A stretch of 64,000 bases of DNA from Candidatus Goldiibacteriota bacterium. Lineage in GTDB: Bacteria > Oederibacteriota > PGYV01 > DSYL01. Below the pieces are notes generated by a model. It was given only the letters and a program-made list of their open reading frames with translations, had not been told where the DNA came from and did no database searches. Where the stretch lies: contig JAGNJD010000006.1 in the NCBI GenBank assembly GCA_018000835.1, forward strand, positions 52 through 64,051. The letters are read 5' to 3'. Each line of letters starts with the position of its first letter. Within the stretch, counting starts at the first letter, position 1. The translations under genes were made by a program, and so were the position numbers. Of this stretch, positions 17,376 through 26,854 are shown one piece after another.

Positions 17376-18315
17376 TTTGGTTTTGCTTATCTCTTATTTT
17401 TATAAATTTTCCAATACTTTTTTTACGGTTAAAGGATTTGGGTCGTCTATGTCGACCGAACTCCATGCGTCCATCATGTATTTTTCTATATATTCATAAG
17501 GGAGATATCCATATCCCCCATCTCCCCAGTAGGTCCCCCACGAATTTTTAAATTTTAAAAATCCGGTTTTATCGTCATACCCTACCGGACAAATCGCATG
17601 GCCGCCAAGGGTTCTTTCTCCCCTTTTTGGCATTTTTACCCTGCCATCTTTCGTTTCCATCATGCCATTAAATACGTAAACTCCTATGACGCACGGTCCC
17701 CTCGTTGCAAGGGCCATTTTTAATTCATTCAAATCGAGAATTCTCGCATAGGTTTTTATCCTGAACTTTTTTGCGTCATTTTGGGCACCTTTTTGCGGTT
17801 TGTCTTTCTGGTGCGGCTTGTATTTCCAGTATTTTTCCCTGCATACGCCGGATTTTTCCAAAACTTTTACCGCAACTCTTATGCTCGTTCCTTCCGTATC
17901 CGGCATGCCGTCAATCTTTTTACATTCGTTGTATAAAAATCGCGGGGATAATTCAACGAGTTTTCCATAGTCAATTTTTTCCTGGTATTCTTTCATGCCA
18001 ACGGTCGTTGCAAAGCCAACGCACGTTCCTTCGTCTCCCTGGTTGCGAACAGGAGTCATTTTTTTCGTGTAGTCGGTTTTTACGAGAAGTTTTACGACGG
18101 GAAGATAAACGCGCATAAGATAATCACGTTTGTCTTTTTTATCTTTTATACAGCCGGTTTTAAATCTCATATTGCCCCTCCATATTTTATTTTTAACATT
18201 TTAATCCATTATTTTGCCGTTGTAAAGAAATTTTTTATGTTGGTTTGGAATAAGGATAAAACATGCTCCCGTCCACTACTGTCCGGTAAAAATAAATGTT
18301 TTAATGTAGTCATAC
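17376..18315. repeat. Direct repeat copy 2 (C1 peptidase gene plus flanks)
   Basis: See copy 1. The encoded proteins differ by one residue (I/V, eight residues from the C-terminus). Confidence 0.9.
17400..18170 (-). CDS. Papain-like (C1 family) cysteine peptidase, copy 2
   Basis: 255/256 aa identical to copy 1, with the same catalytic motifs. Confidence 0.85.
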   Translation of the reverse strand: MRFKTGCIKDKKDKRDYLMRVYLPVVKLLVKTDYTKKMTPVRNQGDEGTCVGFATTVGMKEYQEKIDYGKLVELSPRFLYNECKKIDGMPDTEGTSIRVAVKVLEKSGVCREKYWKYKPHQKDKPQKGAQNDAKKFRIKTYARILDLNELKMALATRGPCVIGVYVFNGMMETKDGRVKMPKRGERTLGGHAICPVGYDDKTGFLKFKNSWGTYWGDGGYGYLPYEYIEKYMMDAWSSVDIDDPNPLTVKKVLENL

Positions 18316-18402
18316 TTTATAACGTAACGCAAATTTTCCTTTTATATTTATAATTTTTATATTATATTATTACAAAACAACATTTTATCACAGGAGATAA
18401 AC

Positions 18403-20331
18403 ATGAAAGGAACGTTAACAGAAAAAATACTTAAAAAACATCTCTTAAAAGGCGAATTAATTCCCGGAAAAGAAATTGCAATAAAAATAGACCAGACGCT
18501 TACGCAGGACGCAACCGGGACGATGGCATATCTCGAATTTTTGAATTTTAAGGTTAATAAAATCAAAACAAAAACTTCCGTAAGTTACGTTGACCACAAT
18601 ACGCTGCAAACCGGCTTTGAAAACGCAGACGACCATTTATTTTTACAGTCGGTAGCGGAAAAATACGGCATTTATTTTTCAAAACCGGGTAATGGTATAT
18701 GCCATCAGGTTCATCTGGAACGTTTTGCAAAACCCGGGGAGACCCTTATAGGTTCCGACTCGCATACTCCTACTGCGGGCGGAGCAGGCATGATTGCAGT
18801 AGGCGTCGGCGGGATGGACGTTGCTGCCGCACTTGCCGGCTATCCTTTTCATCTCACGTGCCCGGAAGTAATCGGAGTAAAATTAACCGGCAGACTCAAG
18901 CCATGGTCCTCTGCAAAAGACGTCATTTTATTTCTTTTACAAAAGTTAAGCGTAAAAGGCGGCATCGGAAAAATATTTGAGTATTTCGGAGACGGCGTTC
19001 TCTCCCTGTCAGTCCCGGAGAGGGCAACGATTACAAACATGGGTGCAGAACTCGGAGCCACGGCTTCCATATTTCCATCCGATAACGTAACTTTACAATT
19101 TTTAAAAACCTTTGGCAGGACAAAAGATTTTACGAAATTAAATGCCGATAAAAATGCACAGTATTCGAAAATAATTGAAATTGATTTAAACGAAATAGAG
19201 CCAATGATTGCACTTCCTCACATGCCGGACAACGTCCGAAAAGTAAAAGAAATTGCCGGCAAAAAAGTAAATCAGGTTATAATCGGGAGTTGTACGAATT
19301 CTTCCTACAAAGACATGATGACTGCCGCAGAAATGTTAAAAAATAAAAAAATCCATAAAGACGTTTCATTCGTAGTGGCACCGGGTTCAAAAACCATACT
19401 TGATGCCATGATAAAAAACGGACGTCTTTCATATTTTTTAAATGCAGGTGCAAGAGTCATTGAAACTGCCTGTGGTCCATGCATTGGCATGGGGCAGGCG
19501 CCATGTTCAAAAGGCGTGTCGTTAAGGACGTTTAACAGGAATTTCAAAGGACGTTCCGGAACCATGGACGCTGAAATTTATCTTGTAAGCGTTGAAACTG
19601 CAGTTGCCTCTGCAATTTACGGTGAAATAACCGACCCGGGAAAACTTGGTAAACATCCAAAAATCGCTCATTTAACAAAAATTTCCATGAACGATTCCCT
19701 GCTCATAAAACCACTGCCGTCTGCAAAAAGAAAAAAAATAAACGTCGTAATGGGGCCAAACATAAAACCATTGCCGGAGGAAACCCCCATGCCGGATAAA
19801 ATGGAAATAAAAGTCATTGCAAAATTTGGCGACAACGTTACCACCGACGACATCATGCCTGCCGGTGCAAAAATACTGCCTCTTCGTTCAAACGTGCCTG
19901 AAATTTCAAAATACGTATTTTCAAAAATTGACCCTGAATTTTATGCAAAAGCAGTGAAGTCAAAAGGCGGAATAATAATAGGCGGCGAAAATTATGGTCA
20001 GGGTTCATCCCGTGAGCATGCGGCACTATCCCCGCAATATCTCGGCATAAAAGCAGTCATTGCAAAATCATTTGCCCGCATCCACAAAGCAAATCTGATA
20101 AACTGCGGCATACTGCCTCTGACTTTTGTCACGCCCGATGATTATGAAAAGATAAAGCCGGACGACACGATAACTTTAAGCGACGTTATTTCATCATTAA
20201 AACAAAAGAAAAACGTAAAAGGTGCAATAAACGGCGACAGGCCGATAGAATTTACATACGATTTAACTGACACTGAAACAGAAATCATCCTTGATGGCGG
20301 GAAAATTAATTTTATAAAAAAACATCTTTGA
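18403..20331 (+). CDS. Aconitate hydratase (short, about 640-aa type)
   Basis: IDQTLTQDATG, GSDSHT, SCTNSS and CGPCIGMG cluster-ligand motifs, plus a C-terminal swivel domain with GQGSSREHAA. Confidence 0.9.
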   Translation: MKGTLTEKILKKHLLKGELIPGKEIAIKIDQTLTQDATGTMAYLEFLNFKVNKIKTKTSVSYVDHNTLQTGFENADDHLFLQSVAEKYGIYFSKPGNGICHQVHLERFAKPGETLIGSDSHTPTAGGAGMIAVGVGGMDVAAALAGYPFHLTCPEVIGVKLTGRLKPWSSAKDVILFLLQKLSVKGGIGKIFEYFGDGVLSLSVPERATITNMGAELGATASIFPSDNVTLQFLKTFGRTKDFTKLNADKNAQYSKIIEIDLNEIEPMIALPHMPDNVRKVKEIAGKKVNQVIIGSCTNSSYKDMMTAAEMLKNKKIHKDVSFVVAPGSKTILDAMIKNGRLSYFLNAGARVIETACGPCIGMGQAPCSKGVSLRTFNRNFKGRSGTMDAEIYLVSVETAVASAIYGEITDPGKLGKHPKIAHLTKISMNDSLLIKPLPSAKRKKINVVMGPNIKPLPEETPMPDKMEIKVIAKFGDNVTTDDIMPAGAKILPLRSNVPEISKYVFSKIDPEFYAKAVKSKGGIIIGGENYGQGSSREHAALSPQYLGIKAVIAKSFARIHKANLINCGILPLTFVTPDDYEKIKPDDTITLSDVISSLKQKKNVKGAINGDRPIEFTYDLTDTETEIILDGGKINFIKKHL

Positions 20332-20333
20332 AA

Positions 20334-22067
20334 TTATGCAACCGCTCTTCTCATTCCCCTTACTGAATTACATATAAAAATATTATCTGCGTTTATTAAG
20401 TCTTTTTTATATAACACTTTTTCTTTATATTTTAAAGGAAATTTTTTCAACAAATATTGCCTGTATATCCCGTTTAACAAGCCACATTTAATCGGGGGAG
20501 TATAAAAAATGCCGTTTTTTTCAATAAAAATATTGGAATATGAGCATTCGGTCAATTCGCCTTTTTCATTAAAAAATACAACTTCATCATAACCTTTTTC
20601 TTTTACCTTTTTTAAATTTCTTTCATAAAATTCTCTTTTATTCGTCTTGTAATATAAAAAAATATTACTGCTGTCCACCCGCTCGTCTGCAAAACATATT
20701 TTTATATCCCTGTTATTTGCCTGTATCTTGGAATAATCCGCATTTAAACCGCCGTCCGGGGTTGTAAATATCCTGACTTTAAAATTTTCGGACGTCTTAA
20801 TTTTTTTAGTGCATGTAGTAAGGGTTTTTCTTATTTTTTTTTCATCAAACCTGAATCCAAACTTCTTGCACGCATTTTTTAACCTGTGGATATGAAGATT
20901 CAACAAGAAAAAACCGTTATCCCTGTTATATAACATTGATTCAAATATTCTAAAATCTTCTGCAAGAGATATAAAAAAATTTGCTTTCCCCTGACATTCT
21001 TTATATTCTTTCTCCGGTTTTGAATCATAAACCACTCCGCTGCCTATTCCAATTTCCCCTTCTCCGGTTTTGGTATTTATTATTGGCGTTCTTATACAAA
21101 CATTGAACATTGCTTTATCTTTCGAAAAAAATCCAATTGTGCCTGTGTAAATTCCCCTTTGTTCTTTTTCCAATAATTTAATTATCTGCATCGCTCTTCT
21201 TTTTGGTGCCCCCGTCACTGATCCGGATGGAAATAAAGCATAAACAATATCAATAAATTTTACTTTTTTCCTTAATTTTCCCGTTATTGTTGACGTCATC
21301 TGGTAAAGCGTCTTATATCTTTCAACGGTAAATTTTTTAGGTGTTTTTATTGAATTTATTTTGCAAATTTTACCCATATCGTTTCTTATTAAATCAACGA
21401 TCATAATATTTTCCGCAAGATTTTTTTCGTCCTTTATATTGCTCAAATTTTCGCTGCCGCCTTTTATTATAGTTCCCTTCATTGGTTTCATTGTTATTTT
21501 ACCATTCTCAATGGAAAAAAATAATTCAGGAGACAAAGAAAGGAATCTATAATCTCCCAATTCAAAAAAAACACCATATTTTGTTTTTTGATTTTTTAAT
21601 AATTCATTGAATAAAGCAAAACTATCGCCTGCAAATTTAAATTTTTTCTTGAAACAATAATTTATCTGATACACTTCCCCGTTTTTTAAAAAGTCCCTTA
21701 TCTTTTTTACGTTTGTTTTATATTCATTAAAATCTACGTTTTCATTTAAATCATATAAAACAAATTTATCTTTATTTTCAATTTTAGGTAAATTTTTGAT
21801 AATTTTGAAATTCTTATATATTCCAAAATAAAAATACGGCAAATTTTGATTTTCAGGAATTATGTCATTAAAAATACAGCCGGTTTCATAACAAATAAAA
21901 CCCGCAACAAAATATCCTTTTTTTACGTATTCAGAAAGCAATAAAAGAGTTGATTTTATGCTGTTTCTTTTAAAACATATAATTTCTTTTTCCGGATTAG
22001 AAAATAAAACAAAATGCTCTGATTCCCCTTTTGATTTTGGTAAGTAAAATAAAACTTTATTTTTCAC
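20334..22067 (-). CDS. pabB: Fused aminodeoxychorismate synthase component I / aminodeoxychorismate lyase (PabB-PabC)
   Basis: Chorismate-binding motifs SPELFF, MKPMKGT, DLIRNDMG, GSVTGAPK, IGIGSGVV. These are followed by about 200 aa of class-IV aminotransferase-like sequence (FESMLY..., NIFI..., GLLNGIYRQ). Confidence 0.8.
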   Translation of the reverse strand: MKNKVLFYLPKSKGESEHFVLFSNPEKEIICFKRNSIKSTLLLLSEYVKKGYFVAGFICYETGCIFNDIIPENQNLPYFYFGIYKNFKIIKNLPKIENKDKFVLYDLNENVDFNEYKTNVKKIRDFLKNGEVYQINYCFKKKFKFAGDSFALFNELLKNQKTKYGVFFELGDYRFLSLSPELFFSIENGKITMKPMKGTIIKGGSENLSNIKDEKNLAENIMIVDLIRNDMGKICKINSIKTPKKFTVERYKTLYQMTSTITGKLRKKVKFIDIVYALFPSGSVTGAPKRRAMQIIKLLEKEQRGIYTGTIGFFSKDKAMFNVCIRTPIINTKTGEGEIGIGSGVVYDSKPEKEYKECQGKANFFISLAEDFRIFESMLYNRDNGFFLLNLHIHRLKNACKKFGFRFDEKKIRKTLTTCTKKIKTSENFKVRIFTTPDGGLNADYSKIQANNRDIKICFADERVDSSNIFLYYKTNKREFYERNLKKVKEKGYDEVVFFNEKGELTECSYSNIFIEKNGIFYTPPIKCGLLNGIYRQYLLKKFPLKYKEKVLYKKDLINADNIFICNSVRGMRRAVA

Positions 22068-23344
22068 TTTTTATTTAAAATCTGCTTCCTGTCAGGCCCT
22101 ACCGATATTTTTGATATCTTTGTTTCGACGAAATCTTCTATGAATTCGATGTATTTTTTTGCCCGAACCGGTAATTTTTTATAACTCCTTACTCTCGACA
22201 AATCCTGTTTCCAGCCGTCCATTTCAACATAAACCGGCCTGCATTTGTATAATTCCATGCCATCTGATATGAATCTGCCGGTCTTCCTGCCTTTATAATC
22301 GTATTTAACGCATACCTTTATTTTTTCAAATAATGAAAGCACATCTATTTTTGTCAGTATTATTTCGGTTACACCGCTTACGTCAACTGCATATTTTAAG
22401 GCAACGAGGTCAAGCCAGCCGCAACTTCTGGGTCTTCCGGTTGTCGCTCCAAATTCGTCGCCTTTTTCCCTTGTCTTTTTCTGAATACCTTCTTCCATCT
22501 CCGTTGGAAACGGCCCGCCGCCTACCCGCGTCTGATATGCTTTTGCCACGCCAATTACCTTATTAATATGTTTGTGGGATATGCCTGTGCCGGTCATAAC
22601 GCCCCCGATTGTCGGATTGGAAGACGTTACGTAGGGGTATGTCCCAAATTCAACGTCCAGTAACGAGCCCTGTGCACCTTCAAACAATATTTTTTTGTTT
22701 TTATTCAATATATCGTTTAATGCATAAACGGTATTTCCGACAAAAGGTTTTATATAATCTCTTTGTTTTATAATCGTCTCGTAAATTGCTTTCTCTGACA
22801 GTTCATCAAGGTTATAATAATTTTTTATGACAAAATTCTTTTCGTTTAAATTGTTTTTTATCTTGTCCGACAATTTTTTGTCGTCAAAGATGTCACGTAT
22901 CCTTATCCCGGTTCTTGAATATTTATCGGTATATGCAGGGCCTATTCCACGACTGGTCGTTCCAATTTTGTTTGAGCCGCTTCTGGATTCCCTTGCCGAA
23001 TCCAGAATTTTATGATATGGCATTACAACGTGCGCATTTTCACTTATCATTAAATTTTTTGAAGTAACCCTGATACCCCTCTGTCTCATTGCCTCTATCT
23101 CTTTTATTAATTCTTCCAGTTCAATTACCACGCCATTGCCTATTACGTTTAGTTTGCCTTTATGCAAAATGCCTGACGGCAAAAGGTGCAATACGTATTT
23201 CTGTCCGTTGACAACGACCGTATGTCCTGCATTTGCTCCGCCCTGATACCTTACTATTACGTCGTAATTTTCCGAAAGGACGTCTATTATTTTCCCCTTA
23301 CCTTCGTCTCCCCACTGCGCGCCTATTATCACGTCTGCCGGCAT
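22064..23344 (-). CDS. purA: Adenylosuccinate synthetase
   Basis: GAQWGDEGKGK, GGANAGHTV and GTTSRGIGPAY motifs. The stop overlaps the pabB start (ATGA-type overlap). Confidence 0.95.
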   Translation of the reverse strand: MPADVIIGAQWGDEGKGKIIDVLSENYDVIVRYQGGANAGHTVVVNGQKYVLHLLPSGILHKGKLNVIGNGVVIELEELIKEIEAMRQRGIRVTSKNLMISENAHVVMPYHKILDSARESRSGSNKIGTTSRGIGPAYTDKYSRTGIRIRDIFDDKKLSDKIKNNLNEKNFVIKNYYNLDELSEKAIYETIIKQRDYIKPFVGNTVYALNDILNKNKKILFEGAQGSLLDVEFGTYPYVTSSNPTIGGVMTGTGISHKHINKVIGVAKAYQTRVGGGPFPTEMEEGIQKKTREKGDEFGATTGRPRSCGWLDLVALKYAVDVSGVTEIILTKIDVLSLFEKIKVCVKYDYKGRKTGRFISDGMELYKCRPVYVEMDGWKQDLSRVRSYKKLPVRAKKYIEFIEDFVETKISKISVGPDRKQILNKK

Positions 23345-23554
23345 ATCTATCTCCTATTAATTTTTTTGTTTTTAAAACATATAATATTATACTATTTGGT
23401 TTATTTTGTCCATAATTTTAATTGCTAATTTACATGAAATCAATTATGTTTATTCATTAAATTAGCAAACCATAAAAAAACATCTTTAATTCTGATTTTT
23501 TTTGTGTTAAAATAACGTTTAAATAATTAATATTCTTTCAATAAAAGGTGAAAA

Positions 23555-26116
23555 ATGGACATAAAATTTTACGAATTGAATGTGTTACCAAATCTGCCTG
23601 AAAATTTAAAGGCGCTTCTCGAATTATCATACAATATCTGGTGGGCATGGGACAGCGAAGCATTTGCGCTTTACAGGGACATTGACCCTGATTTATGGTC
23701 AGCAACGACGCATAATCCCGTTAAATTCCTTTACCGGCTGCCGCAGAAAAAATTAGACGAGATATCCAGAGATGAAAGTTTTTTATACAGAATAGAATCC
23801 ACAAAAAAACGTCTTGAAGATTATTTAAAAAAACCGGCATATTTTGACAAAATCAAATCCGATTTTCCTGAAAATTTTCTGGTTGCTTATTTTTCACTGG
23901 AATTTGGAATTGCAGAATGCCTGCCTTTACATTCCGGCGGATTGGGCGTTCTCGCCGGAGACCATTTAAAATCCGCATCAGACCTTGGATTACCCCTGAT
24001 TGGCATAGGTCTTTTGTATTCTTCCGGTTATTTTCACCAGTATTTAACAAATGATGGCTGGCAGCAGGAACGATATGTGATAAATGATTACAACGTTTCT
24101 CCTGTCACAATAGTAAAAAAAGACGGCAAACCACTGATTTTTGGCGTTAAATATCCGCACGGCATCGTAAAAGTCATGGTCTGGAAAGTAAACGTAGGAA
24201 GAGTAACGCTTTATCTTCTTGATACAAATCTGCCGGAAAATTCAAACGGAGACAAAAGCATAACGTCCAGTCTTTACGGTGGCGACCCTGAACTTAGAAT
24301 TAAACAGGAAATTCTGCTTGGCATAGGCGGAATTATGGCACTCGAACTTATGGGTATTACCCCGACGGTAACGCACATGAACGAAGGGCATTCTGCTTTT
24401 TTATCACTTGAGCGCATCCGTCTCATAATGGAAAAATATAAACTTTCGTTTACTGAAGCAAAGGAAATAAACGTCGTTTCCAGCATATTCACGACGCATA
24501 CCCCTGTGCCCGCCGGCAATGACAGATTTCCGAGAGAATTAATGGAAAAATATTTAAAAGAATACGTTGAACAAAACCTGAAAATTAATTTCAACGAATT
24601 TTTAAAATTAGGCAGGATTTATCCCGACGACCCAAACGAATGGTTTTGTATGACCGTTCTGGCATTAAAATTATCTGCTTACAACAACGGGGTGAGCAGA
24701 TTACATGGAAACATTTCACGTAAATTATGGAAAGATATATGGCCCGGTGTTCCATTAAATGAAATCCCGATAACTCATATAACAAACGGAGTTCACGGTC
24801 CTTCATGGATATCAAAGGAAATGGCTGATTTGTTATTCCGCTACCTCGGACCAAAATGGATAGATACAATAGAAAACGGCGACGTATGGAACAGGGTCCG
24901 GGAAATACCTGATACTGAATTATGGCGGACGCATGAAAGAAGACGTGAACGCCTCGTTGAATACATAAGGAAAAAAACAAAAAATCAATTACAGGCAAGA
25001 AACGCTCCGGATGAAGAAATAAATAGGGCAAACGAAATATTTTCTCCGGAGACGTTAACCATTGGTTTTGCAAGAAGATTTGCCACGTATAAAAGGGCAA
25101 CTCTTATTTTCAGAGACATAAATCGTCTGAAAAAAATACTTTCAAACAAAGACATGCCCGTCCAGATTATTTTTGCAGGTAAAGCCCATCCAAAAGATGA
25201 TGCAGGAAAGGACTTTATAAAACAAATCTATCGTATAACCATGAACGAAGATTTAAAAGACAAAATCGTTTTTATTGAGGATTATGACCTGAATGCCTCG
25301 CATTATATCGTGCAGGGCGTTGATTTATGGCTTAATACTCCAAGAAGGCCCCTTGAGGCAAGCGGTACGTCAGGCATGAAAGTCAGTTTTAACGGCGGAC
25401 TTAATTTTTCCGTTCTTGACGGATGGTGGGATGAAAAGCCAAATACTGATTGTGGTTGGGATATTGGCCGCGGTGAAGAATACGACGACATGGAATACCA
25501 GGACAAACTTGAGGCAAACTCCCTGTATGAAACCCTTGAAAATGAAATTATTCCTCTTTTTTACAGGAGGGGTAAAGACGGACTGCCGCATGAATGGATT
25601 AAAAAAATGAAAAATGCAATGATGAATCTTTGTCCGATATTTAATACAAACAGAATGGTAGTTGAATACTCCGAAATGTTTTATAAAAAAACGGCCGTCA
25701 ATTACGTTGATTTCAGCAATAATAATTTTTCCAAAGCAAAAGATTTGAACAAATGGAAGGAAAAAATAACAAAAAACTGGCAGAATATAAAATTTGTTTC
25801 GGTTAATGCGAGCGTCGGTGACATTAAAGTCGGCGAAAGCATAAACGTTTCGGCAACAATAGATGCTCCGGGACTCTCAAATGAAGATTTACTTGTTGAA
25901 ACATATTTTGGTTACGACCACATAGAAAAAGATTTATCCGACGTGACGACTACAAAAATGACGTTTAAGGAAAAAAACGGTTCTAACCTTGTTTTTACGG
26001 GGCAGATAGTTCCTGCTTATTCCGGCAAAGTTAAATTTGCCATAAGAATACTTCCATTTCATCCCGACTTAAAAACAAAATTTTTGCCGGGATTAATAAA
26101 ATGGAATAACATTTAA
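23555..26116 (+). CDS. glgP: Alpha-glucan (glycogen/maltodextrin) phosphorylase, GT35
   Basis: 853 aa. EASGTSGMKVSFNGGLNFSVLDGWW PLP-lysine block and HSGGLGVLAGDHLKSASD. Confidence 0.9.
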   Translation: MDIKFYELNVLPNLPENLKALLELSYNIWWAWDSEAFALYRDIDPDLWSATTHNPVKFLYRLPQKKLDEISRDESFLYRIESTKKRLEDYLKKPAYFDKIKSDFPENFLVAYFSLEFGIAECLPLHSGGLGVLAGDHLKSASDLGLPLIGIGLLYSSGYFHQYLTNDGWQQERYVINDYNVSPVTIVKKDGKPLIFGVKYPHGIVKVMVWKVNVGRVTLYLLDTNLPENSNGDKSITSSLYGGDPELRIKQEILLGIGGIMALELMGITPTVTHMNEGHSAFLSLERIRLIMEKYKLSFTEAKEINVVSSIFTTHTPVPAGNDRFPRELMEKYLKEYVEQNLKINFNEFLKLGRIYPDDPNEWFCMTVLALKLSAYNNGVSRLHGNISRKLWKDIWPGVPLNEIPITHITNGVHGPSWISKEMADLLFRYLGPKWIDTIENGDVWNRVREIPDTELWRTHERRRERLVEYIRKKTKNQLQARNAPDEEINRANEIFSPETLTIGFARRFATYKRATLIFRDINRLKKILSNKDMPVQIIFAGKAHPKDDAGKDFIKQIYRITMNEDLKDKIVFIEDYDLNASHYIVQGVDLWLNTPRRPLEASGTSGMKVSFNGGLNFSVLDGWWDEKPNTDCGWDIGRGEEYDDMEYQDKLEANSLYETLENEIIPLFYRRGKDGLPHEWIKKMKNAMMNLCPIFNTNRMVVEYSEMFYKKTAVNYVDFSNNNFSKAKDLNKWKEKITKNWQNIKFVSVNASVGDIKVGESINVSATIDAPGLSNEDLLVETYFGYDHIEKDLSDVTTTKMTFKEKNGSNLVFTGQIVPAYSGKVKFAIRILPFHPDLKTKFLPGLIKWNNI

Positions 26117-26136
26117 TTTATCGGGGGGGGTGCAAA

Positions 26137-26520
26137 ATGGCTATAAGGTCACCAAAAGAAGAAAAAATGCATGAAACGATCATTCGTTCCCTTGCTTCGG
26201 TTTACGAACAGAAAGGTGCAAGCCATGTTCTGACCAATCTGGACGGCAATAATGCAGTCGTAAAAGGCATAACGGTTGATTTGGTCGTAAAAAATCCTTT
26301 TACTTTGTATTTCAAAATAGAAACGGAAACTTCAATAAAAGAAGGCGAAGCCATTGCATGGAAATCTATCTCTGAAAATCTTGGAACATTTTTTCTGATG
26401 GTTCCCGAACCGCTTAAACAGGAAGCGTTAAGGATAATAAACAAAAATGGTATAAAAAATATCCGCCTTTGTTATTATAAAATAGTAGAGAACAAACTGA
26501 AATTCATAAACCTGCCGTAA
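26137..26520 (+). CDS. Hypothetical protein (127 aa)
   Basis: Open frame directly after glgP. Preceded by a G8 tract acting as SD. No confident family; there is a faint VDLVV...KIETE nuclease-fold-like pattern. Confidence 0.45.
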   Translation: MAIRSPKEEKMHETIIRSLASVYEQKGASHVLTNLDGNNAVVKGITVDLVVKNPFTLYFKIETETSIKEGEAIAWKSISENLGTFFLMVPEPLKQEALRIINKNGIKNIRLCYYKIVENKLKFINLP

Positions 26521-26559
26521 TAAATTTATTTTTTGTATATTGTATTTTTATTTTCAATA

Positions 26560-26815
26560 AGCCAAACGTAAAATTCTGTATAATACAACTCCTTTCCATT
26601 AAAAATATAGATTCCATATATCTTTATGAAATATATTTATGTGGGCATCAATTAAAATGGAATATTGATTGATTCTTTTACTATTACAAAAAAAATGCAA
26701 CAATCCTTACATTAAGATTACCGGGCAGCAACGCATTGATAAATGACGGTTTTCCTGTTTCCCGCTTATTTTTCAGGCATTTATTTGAAATCTATTACCC
26801 TAAACACAAACGACT
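26560..26815 (+). repeat. MITE-like mosaic element, locus C (internally deleted Y remnant, TIR, module Z)
   Basis: CAAAAAAAATGCAACAATCCTTACATT at 26687-26713. The following ~110 bp are about 80% identical to the reverse complement of 62100-62206. The Y core is missing; only a short hairpin ATCAAT...ATTGAT remains. Confidence 0.6.
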
Positions 26816-26854
26816 CCAAATTTTTAATTTATAAAATCAATTAGGATGAAATGA

